A stretch of DNA of 64,000 nucleotides, from positions 137,082,001 to 137,146,000 of the forward strand of contig NC_042997.1 of NCBI RefSeq assembly GCF_006345805.1, in the 5' to 3' direction. The notes under the pieces were generated by a model. It worked only from the letters and a program-made list of their open reading frames with translations. It ran no database searches and was not told the origin of the DNA. Shown one piece after another: positions 55,401 through 64,000 of this stretch. The stretch's first letter is position 1. The number at the start of each line of letters is the position of its first letter. A program made the position numbers and the translations under genes. This DNA is from Octopus sinensis. Its lineage: Eukaryota.

Positions 55401-55909
55401 GTGTGGGAAATGAAAGAAGTGAATTGATAGCCCAAGTCATTAAGGTTGGGCAACCCATAATTATGAATTTTTTTTTGGAATCCAAGCCCAGTGGAGTAGC
55501 TACCAAATTTTGTCCTCTGGGACTGTGGATTCAAATCCAGTCATGTACACTTCTCTCTTAAATTAAGAAAAAAAAAAAAAGGATACAGTACAATGTATTA
55601 AAACATCATTATCATCATTGTTTAACGTCTGTTTTCTATCAAACAAAACATACCACTTGATTATTAAATATGAAAATAAAATTACATTTACTCACCTAAA
55701 ACACAGCTTATGCCTGATTTGAAAATACAACTTTCAAACATGCGGCTAATCATAATTTCTTCCTGTGGTCTAGTAAGTTGAGGTATTCCACCCAATGGAA
55801 TAAACCTGTCATTTTGTTTCACTTTGTGATTGATGACATGATCAATAACAAAATTGAAATTGCTGATATCATGCGAAGATGGTTCTTTGCTTATTTTAGT
55901 TTCATTCAT
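49425..55909 (-). CDS. TIMM22: Mitochondrial import inner membrane translocase subunit Tim22 (183 aa)
   Basis: complement(join(49425..49504,51313..51385,53894..54078,55696..55909)) = 552 nt, GT-AG introns. Motifs FESCIFKSGISCVLGFALGGAFGLFTAG, SYGKNFALVGAMFAGTECTLE, RGK..LNGTLSGGIVGG.LGLRAGLKAG..G..GFAAFSTAIDYY. Both conserved disulfide cysteines (ESC, TEC) are present. Confidence 0.95.
49716..50100 (-). mobile_element. Full-length tRNA-derived SINE with a 14-bp TSD (last TIMM22 intron)
   Basis: Head GAGGCGCAGTGGCTCAGTGG (A box) ... GGTTTCGATTCC (B box). Perfect TSD CAGATATATAGCAT at 49702-49715 and 50101-50114. Confidence 0.92.
50972..51198. mobile_element. Second TTAA MITE family
   Basis: TTAACTGTTTTGATACC ... 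GGTAACAAAAGGGTTAA imperfect TIRs. Confidence 0.65.
52171..52555 (-). mobile_element. RTE 3' UTR-only insertion
   Basis: (CAT)n, CCATGCTAGCATGG and about four 60-bp units; similar to 46461-46900. Confidence 0.88.
52549..52620. repeat. 24-bp tandem repeat, three copies (CTGGTAACACATATATATATACAT)
   Basis: Units start at 52549, 52573 and 52597. Confidence 0.9.
53285..53705 (-). mobile_element. Decayed RTE-tailed SINE(s) with tRNA-like head
   Basis: (CAT)n tail at ~53285; reverse-complement SINE head at 53640-53700. Confidence 0.6.
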
Positions 55910-57771
55910 TGTGATACAAGACACTTTTATTTTTATTCCATATATAAATAACAATCTGAAAAAAAAATTTAGAAACAGAATATAAATTATCAATTTTAAT
56001 AAGTTACCAATAAATGATACAACACTTGGAAAGGTTTGGATTTATTGAGTAATTTTCTTTTTTGTATTCTTAAAATAATTTTCATTTATTTTACTGAAAT
56101 TAATGAGTTAGGAGAAAGGTATTCAGTTCCACCACTCTATGTTTGGGAGTTCAAATGCTGCTTTATGAGATAAAATACCAAAGCATAATCATTTAATTAT
56201 AAACTTGTGATCTGGTGCCCCCAATATTTTAATTTTGATATTTGCATAATTTTCAATGCTATAGAGATAAAGTGCTTATTGTGGGTTAATTATGCACTAA
56301 TGTTGTTGTTTAGCTCTAGGTTCACATTGACTGGAAAAACTGATGATTAAAGGCATTCCAACCATAGCATCCTCTACAGTTTTTGGAAGTATATAGGACA
56401 ACATTACTTATCTAGTGTGTATACTTCCCTCTTTTTAAATTGACGTAAATCTGAGGGAACACCAATTAGTTCATACCCATTGATGTATAATTCCAGGAAG
56501 TTTTACTGGAGTATGACTTAGTAGAAGCCCACAAGATTATCTACCATCAACAACTTTGGCTACTTTTTTAATTCAATATTGCTACCACTTGTGGACACGC
56601 ATATAAAATGAAAATATACATACAACGAAAAAAATACTTATTCGAAGTAGTAGTTAAAAAGAATACTGTGCTTTTATGTTAAGATTAGCTGCTTCCACAT
56701 GTGAAATTAGAAAAGTGGAAGAGATTAAACTAAATACAATTGGAAAAGTGATTTGGAAAGATGAAAGTGTAATATTCTAAAACGAAAGAATTGTCTATCT
56801 TAAGTGACACATTCTTTTGTTAATCATTTGGTTTTGGCTTTGCTGGACAATCATCAAAAGGTATGATACATACATACATATTTTACTACATATTTTCACT
56901 ACACACTTTCTTTCGTTTTCAAGTCTTGAGAAGTATTGAAAGTTCCGCTGGGATCAACTTTGGCTTTTATCCTTCTCAGATCGATAAAACGAGTATTAGT
57001 TGTGTATTGGAATATATTTGAGCGACTATACCTCTAACTCTAAAATTGTGGCCTAGTGTCAAGATAGAAATCAACGTTTTCATTACTGAGGTTGTAGGTA
57101 GTAGAATAAGTAACTACTGGACAAAATTCTACGCATCTTTACATCCAAATCACGCTGGAAAAGACCTTGCTTTTCATTCCTCTTAAGTGGATAAAAATAA
57201 AGTACCCAATAAGAATAAGACAGTGAGTGGTGGAAAATATTGGTAAAAATCTTCAAGTGGCCCATTGACAAAAATGATAAGGGAACGAATTGTCTTGACT
57301 AATAACATAGTGAATGAATCGTATATTAAGGTAGCGAATTACATTTGAAGGTGTCTTTAGATAATCGGAGAGAATAGCTTGCGGTATTTGTTCTGGCTCT
57401 CAGGGATCAGTGTTCACATTCCACCAAGGTCAACTTTGGTTTCAACCCTTCGGGACTAATAATTGAAATACTTTCTAGTTCGTGTGTCGATTTTTCTTCC
57501 TTGTCATGTCACACGTTAAACCGATGAATATAATTTTATTTAAGCATTAGGGTCTGAACAAGTGTGCTTTATATCATATTCCACACACAAAAATTCGCTG
57601 TATTAGGAAAAGAAGAAACGGCAAGATATAACGCGTTGCTTTTCTCAAGCTTGTTCAGCGAACAACGAGTTTGAGGTACGGCGTTAGTTTCAGTGAAATA
57701 CCATGTGCACTTTAAACTACTTTACTTTTAAACGTCATAAATTTATATAAAGAGAATGTATAAATACTTAC

Positions 57772-57870
57772 AGTTAAAGATTTAATGGATAATACGGAAT
57801 AATTACATTATGAACGAGTAAATTTCCTGATGATATAAACATTTAAGCGTCTGACGCATGTTCTAAAGAG
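57772..57870 (-). other. Probable non-coding first exon (5' UTR) of TIMM22
   Basis: The first coding exon is preceded by a strong acceptor (poly-T...TTCAG at 55956-55957). A consensus donor ACT|GTAAGTA lies at 57771 in a locally CpG-richer region. An in-frame TAA just before the donor makes the exon non-coding. The upstream boundary is approximate. Confidence 0.5.
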
Positions 57871-58933
57871 GAACCGACATTAAGGGATGAAGGCAAGGGA
57901 GATTACTGCTATTGACTTCGTTTTTGAAAAGCAGTTTTTCTCAGCAATTTATTTTAATCTACTGTAGTGGTCACTCGAATTGCTAGAAATAACAGATAAA
58001 TATTCCTTAAATTACATAGTACTTTCTTGGGAAGGAGAAGATACATTGTATGGTGTTATCCTAGATACGAAATGCCCGAGAGAGGGACGAGATGGTTATA
58101 GCTGGAATGATTTGACATCATTGGTTGACAAAGCCAAATATGTTGAGAGAAAAGTTGGGTTATAAAAAGAATCATATGTAATTTGCAATAGAGAAGACCG
58201 CGCTGGTATGGACATGTGACGAGTATGGATGAAGATAATTGTATAAAAAAGTAGTACTGATCACTTAATATGAATTGAGCTTGGAGAGACAGATCCAGAA
58301 AGCTATAGGATAATATAGTGATGGGTGATCTTAGGACTTGGAGCCTCACAGAGGAGCTGATGTAGGTCCAAGATGGTCGGTGATATGCTTCGGAAAAATC
58401 CAGAGGTAAAATCCAGAGAAGTATTTTATACATATATACATTCAACTTAAAACTTTAATGGTAGTGAAAGGAACATAGGCGTGAGTTAAATGCAAATGAA
58501 GAGGAGGAGAAATGAAAGAAGTTTATGTCAAAAGAAACATTGAAATCGATAAGCAAGGCTAGGAGATCGTTAAGACGATAAAAGTTATATTGCGCACTCA
58601 ATGGAGCTAAATACTTGACATACAAATTACATACACGTAATCTTCTGTCCATCATGTATTCTTCGTATGCAATGTGCAAGAGCAATAAACGCTAAGTCTG
58701 TTTCCTCCATTTACCTTCTTTTGATTTCAGTGCATCTCTTGTGTTTCCACAGCTTACACTGGATTACACTATATGGTATGTCTACTTATTTCTTTTCACT
58801 CTGGCAAATGTAAAACTATTGTCACAGAAAAACTATTGTTTTACCGTGAGAGAAGTTCTGTTGAAGTGTTAATTTAAATTTGGCTATGGTGGATCGAATC
58901 CACTTCATGCCTGCAAGATCCACTACATATATA

Positions 58934-59650
58934 TACGTGAGGGGAAGTCAAAAATTATCCGCACTTTTGCCAAAACTTCCTTTACATTGGCCGATTCGGC
59001 GGCGGTCTGCATCAAGGGGAAAACAGACCATTGCTCCGATTTCTCTGGTTTGAAGGTGTGTCAGGGTTGAAATTCACCGCAAGCTACAGTACAATTCGGG
59101 AACAGTGGCTCTATGTTAATGAGTGGATTGAGGGCGAAACAAAATTCAAGGCTCGACCTGCTGCAGAAAAAGTGCTGCTACCTGTTTTTAGTGGATGCAG
59201 AAGGGCCTATCCTGAAACATTACCTGGAAAAGGGGTCTACAGTTACCAGTAAAGGTTACAGGGAAATGCTGACCAACAAACTGAAACTAGTAATTCACAC
59301 CAAACGCTAAGGTCTACTGTCAAAGCAAGTGTTTTTGTTGCTTGACAACGCACATCCCCATATGGCTGCCCACACCTTTGAAACTATTACAAAACTGGGT
59401 TTCGATTTGCTAGAACACACTGCATACAATTTAGATCTTGTCCCTTCCTACTATTACCTCTTTGGAATGCTGAAACATCTTTTACAAGATAGTTGATTAG
59501 GTATGGATGAAGAAGTGCATAAATGATTCCACAACGAGCTGAAAACATTCTTCTCTGATGGAATAAGCAAGCATGTGGACTGTTCTCCGCTTTTGTTTTA
59601 ATAAATTACTGAAACAAGAGTGCATGCAATTTTTAACTGGTCCTCGTGTG
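58934..59650 (+). mobile_element. Mariner transposon relic with internal deletion
   Basis: Degenerate TIRs (TACGTGAGGGGAAGTCAAAAATTATCCGCACT / AGTGCATGCAATTTTTAACTGGTCCTCG). Transposase remnants DAEGPIL.HYLEKG.TV, LDNAHPH, DL.PSYY.LFG.LK. Confidence 0.8.
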
Positions 59651-59716
59651 CATGTGTGTGTGTGTGTGTGCAAATTAGCTAGTTATAAAATCTCTATAAG
59701 ACATGAAAGTAACAAT

Positions 59717-60465
59717 TGTAACATATCTGATATCCTCACTGTTTGAGAGACACTTTAGGAATGATCTTGTTTGAGATTACAACCATCTTTGGCTAGTTTG
59801 ACCTTGTTGTATCCACTGCTCTGATTGGTTGGCATTTGTCGCAGTTTGTGTCTTGACTTATTTCATGCCGGTATGTAAGCCAACCAATCACGGCCTTTGG
59901 ATAAGGTCTTGTGACACTGTTTCTCTGATCCTTCATTTGAGCCTACCACAGGCTATAAAAAGGCCAGCATTCACTATTCCGAGTCTTTAGCTCTAGACCT
60001 TCTAAGGTCTAATCACTGACCACAGAGCTACTCGGCCATGTTCCAGTTCAAGTGACAGACGATCAGCCAGCCATGCTCCTGCTTCAGCCACGATGACGCT
60101 AATGTACACCAGCAGCGTAGGACGTTCTCCATCTCCACCACCGTCATCACCATCGTCGTCCTTCAACTCTATGTCGTCTCCAACTCTGTCGACTTCAGCA
60201 ATATGTACACATCAACATCACCCAGGTCTAAACTCATGCTGTTGTGAATATACACCTATGTAAAACAGTTGCAGTCTACCTGAAAGAACTTTCTGTATCA
60301 AGAGACTCAGCACGGCATTGAGTGCCCCAACTGGCCTCTGCCTCATGGCCACAACATCTTGTTATAGAACTTGCTATCGTGTACCTCACTTATGAACTGG
60401 TAAATAAATTCCATCTTAACTCAATATGCTGAGACATTCATCTTATGCTCTGTATTTCTGTTGCA
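59717..60465 (+). mobile_element. Solo-LTR-like element
   Basis: TGTAACA...TGTTGCA termini, paired CCAAT boxes, TATAAAAA at 59954 and AATAAA at 60403. No matching TSD seen. Confidence 0.6.
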
Positions 60466-60812
60466 TATGCATTCACCTTTCTGTCACATACACGAACACA
60501 CAGACACAAACACCAACGCGCACGCATTTATATATATATATATCATCATCGTTTAACGTCCGTTCTCCATGCTAGCATGGGTTGGACGGTTTATATATAT
60601 ATATAAAAGAGATAATGGTGTCATTGAGACCCAAAGGTGTCAAGTAATGCTGCATAAATGCTATAGACAGACCTTAGTTAAGTTCCAGATTTGGTAATAT
60701 TGCGAATAAATGGTTCAATGTTGGTTCTATGTCAGCGTGTGTATATAAGAATTTTTGCGTAATAAGATAAAAAAACCAAGGGTATATAGATATTAGAGCA
60801 TTTATAGATAGG

Positions 60813-60860
60813 TCTTACAGCTGTTTCTAGGATATTATTAATATCCCTTCATCGGAGATG
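60813..60860 (-). ncRNA. Second hammerhead copy in inverted orientation (core variant CCGATGA)
   Basis: The reverse complement reads CATCT-CCGATGA-AGGGATATTAATAATATCCTA-GAAA-CAGCTG-TA-AGA. Confidence 0.55.
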
Positions 60861-61053
60861 GTGTGAGAGGAAAAATTAAGTCATACTTAGTTTCAATGTG
60901 ATACAAAATAGAGAGTGGTATACCACTATGCCTATAAAACGGATTTACAAATTCAATACCCATACATATCTTACATCTATTTTCTTTCCTCCACCTCACT
61001 CTCTATTTTGTATCACATCGAAGCTAACTATGACTTAATTTTTCCTCTCACAC

Positions 61054-61105
61054 CATCTCTGATGAAGAGATATTATTAATTAATATCCTAGAAACAGCTG
61101 TAAGA
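61054..61105 (+). ncRNA. Minimal type I hammerhead ribozyme, Penelope-like-element type
   Basis: TCT-CTGATGA(61059-65)-[GATATTA/TAATATC stem II]-GAAA(61091-94)-CAGCTG palindrome-TA^AGA. Predicted cleavage after 61102 (GUA). Confidence 0.7.
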
Positions 61106-61559
61106 CCATCTATCTATAAATGCTCTAATATCTGTACAGCCTTGGTTTTTTTATCTTATTATGCAAAAAATTCTTATATATATATATATGTATGTATGTA
61201 TATATATATATATATCCTCTTTGGTCATGAATGACATGGGATTGCACCTAGACAGTTCCTCTCCGAGGCACAAGTCTGTTTTTGTGGAAGACCAACATTC
61301 ATGCATACCAGCCTCCTCTTTCCATGCCACTGATGTTATCCAAGTGAAAGGCAAAGGCCAATACAGCTTTGCACTAGTGACATCGCAATTCATTTCTACT
61401 GGACCTAAAACAAATTATATATATATATGTATGTGTGTGTATATATATATATATGATGCTTTGTTGCCAACTTTATGTGGCAGTCCCAGGATGTTTCCTG
61501 GGTCTAAATAGCAGGAGCATTCTTCCCTTTCCTAGGACTGCCACATTAAGTTGGCAACA

Positions 61560-61890
61560 AACCATTTTCATTTCAGTAGCAGGATCCGGTCTTCTTTCCT
61601 AGTAATCAAATACTTTAGTTTTTGCTAACTTTACTTTCAACCTCTTGATTCAAGGTTTTGCTTCCACATCTGGAACTTAAATACTAAAATTCTAAGAGAA
61701 GGGACATTGAGAACTAACCCTGGATAGACTCCTATTAGGATTCTAAAGTTGCAGCCTTACTCATTGACTGTACTTGTACAACCCTTGCAAGCCATTCCTC
61801 TACTCCTAGCTTCCCCAGTGACTACAAGATTAAAGAGCAAAGGATCCTGTCATAGGCCTTCTCCAGGTTGATAAACGCTAGCTACAGTGG
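61560..61890 (-). mobile_element. Decayed RTE RT fragment
   Basis: The reverse complement resembles 21050-21480 (LEKAYDR, LGVEEWL, W.QNLES, VNLAKTK). Confidence 0.6.
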
Positions 61891-62319
61891 CTTATTTGTA
61901 TGTGTATATATCTTTTATCCTTTTCTGTATAGATGAAAAAAAAAAAAAGCACCCACAATACTTTTCAGCAATTCTACAGAATTTTTCAGCTTTCCTTCAT
62001 TTCATTTTATTAATTATTTCCTATTTGGTGACACACTTTTTGTATGTAGTTTAGACTTCACATGAACAAGAGAAAAGTAAAATGGATCAGATGTACTATA
62101 ACAAAATTTAATAGTTGATTTTTAGGTTCTTGTAATTTTCTTAAGGCACATGCTTTACTCATCACCAACCATCATGCTTCCAAGTAAACTGGAAATGCTT
62201 TCAGAGGATTGCAAACATTGTATGAATGCTTTCCAATCAATGTGCACACACACACACACACACACGTATGTATATGTAAGACATCCTTCTTCTAATTTCT
62301 ATTGACTAAATTTCACATA

Positions 62320-63214
62320 TACAGTATAAGGCTGGGCTATGAATGAGAGATGCTAGAGCTGTGAAATCTTGCATGCATTCATTTCAACACTTCTTATTAA
62401 TAACTGCATTTTTTCTTTCTGACTCTTCAAAAACTTTAAAAGTAACTAGTAGTGATTTCACTTGAAAATCGACAAAATTTGACATGGTGAAGTTTTCTGC
62501 TCAGTGGGTGTCACATCTTTGTGCACCAGGCTGATCACATCATGGGAAAATTTGACATCATCTGAGGCAAATCCAGCTGATTTTCTTGAACATTTCCTAA
62601 GCCAGGATGAGTGTTAGCTTCATCACTTTGAGCCAGAGACAAAGAGACAGTCCATGCAGTGGAAACACTTCTCTTCACCTGATCCAAAAATGAACAAGGT
62701 TATTTCATCTGCAAGGAAAGTGATGGTCTGTTTATTTTTTGGGATGAAAAAGGCATTGTGTTTATTGACTATCTTCAAGAGGTCCACACCACTAATGGAG
62801 AGTAATATGCCAACTTACTGAGGCAGTTATGAAAGGCTATCAAGATCAAATGCTCAGGAAAACTGACAAAAGGAGGTCTTGTTTCACCAGAGCAATGCTC
62901 CAGCATATTATATTAGTTGTTGGTTTCAATAGCTGCTGTGCATGACTGTAGCTTTGAATAAATTGATCAGGTTCCCCAGTCTTCTGATTTGGCCACATCA
63001 TACTATCATCTGTTCCCTTACATGAAAAAACACTTGGCTGTTGACATTTTTGACTAACAGGATGAATGCTTCTTTACCAATGGGATCCAAGCACTGCACC
63101 ACCAATGGAAATGTGAGGACTGCGAGGGGGACTATGTTGAAAAGTAAACCTCATTTGATCACAATGCATAAGAATATCTTATTCAGCCTATGAACTTTTC
63201 AGCTGACTCTCGTA
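62320..63214 (+). mobile_element. Mariner transposon relic (second family)
   Basis: DEC..HHFEPETKRQSMQWKH, SARKVM..FWDEKGIVFIDYLQ, LFHQSNAPA and SDLA.SYYHLFP remnants; right end ...AACTTTTCAGCTGACTCTCGTA. The left boundary is approximate. Confidence 0.8.
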
Positions 63215-64000
63215 CTGGTTAATAATTGGCTATAAGTAGAGGTAATCAACAGAACATCAATGCAGTGAGTAAAATCCAAACCATGTGGTTATAAAGTGAA
63301 CTGGGTTGGAAATCAGAAAACATTACACGTGTTCTTTTAACTGCAAGAAATTTGAAAGTGCCCTGCTTTGTACAGCTAATATTTTTGCAAAACAATTAGA
63401 ATGCCAAATACAATGCAAAGAGGATTAATATAATTACCAAATATACAATACTTGTCCATTAACAGATAAGAATCATTGACAATATACTTAAAAATATAGG
63501 TGCATGCCCAGCTACCTGGCACCTTGGACAAATGTGTTCTATAGCCTTGGTTCAACAATGTCTACGAGTGCAATTGGCAGACAAAAACTGCCTACAAGCT
63601 TATTGTACATATAAGTGTGACACTATCATTTCCATGGATTTGTGCCAAGCTGAACATGATGTCATGTTTACATTCCTGGTTCTGTTTCAAAGTTTAGTAG
63701 AATAAAAAAAATAATCCATAACATAAAAAACAGGTAAGATTGGTGACAGGAAGATCATTTGGCTATTAAATACTGCCTTAATTAAGTATCCGCTCAACCT
63801 ATGCTAGCACAGAAAAGCATGTGTAAACAATTATATCAATAAATAATAAGAAACTTTTAAGGCAGCTGTAAGTAACAAATGTTTGAAAAACATTAAATAT
63901 TCTCGATTTTCTTCTTTCGTAAGTTTTCAAGGTTTTTAAAACTATTTTGCTACTTGATGCAAAACTCATTGTTTTAGCACAAGAACACAGATTTTAACAA

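Larger units (their letters stand above)
60742..61180. repeat. Fold-back inverted repeat (~175-185-bp arms, ~80-bp spacer); probable inverted Penelope pseudo-LTRs
   Basis: Arms 60742-60917 and 60997-61180 are reverse complements with scattered mismatches; the unit is flanked by (TA)n. Confidence 0.85.

Noticed and set aside
55910-55993. N-terminal extension of the Tim22 ORF in the ORF track
   Set aside because: It crosses a polypyrimidine tract and acceptor, and the putative upstream exon has an in-frame stop. The ATG at 55909 is the likely start.

Overview
AT-rich, repeat-dense animal genomic DNA. The repeat landscape (RTE LINEs with (GAT)n tails, tRNA-derived SINEs, TTAA MITEs) suggests an octopus or related cephalopod; this is inferred, not confirmed. 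Three spliced host genes were reconstructed by hand. CHCHD2/10 is on the minus strand (4 coding exons, 142 aa). ROGDI is on the plus strand (11 exons, 273 aa, last intron apparently GC-AG). TIMM22 is on the minus strand (4 coding exons plus a probable 5' UTR exon, 183 aa). The rest is mostly mobile DNA: many RTE fragments, a young 5'-truncated CR1 LINE, a decayed CRE-like element with a restriction-like endonuclease, a defective piggyBac, two mariner relics, MITEs, SINEs and a solo-LTR-like unit. The most unusual structures are a fold-back element carrying two divergently oriented Penelope-type minimal hammerhead ribozymes (60.6-61.2 kb), a near-perfect 150-bp intronic inverted repeat just upstream of ROGDI exon 9, and a strong sense-orientation bias of intronic RTE copies. 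No prokaryotic systems or CRISPR arrays are present.
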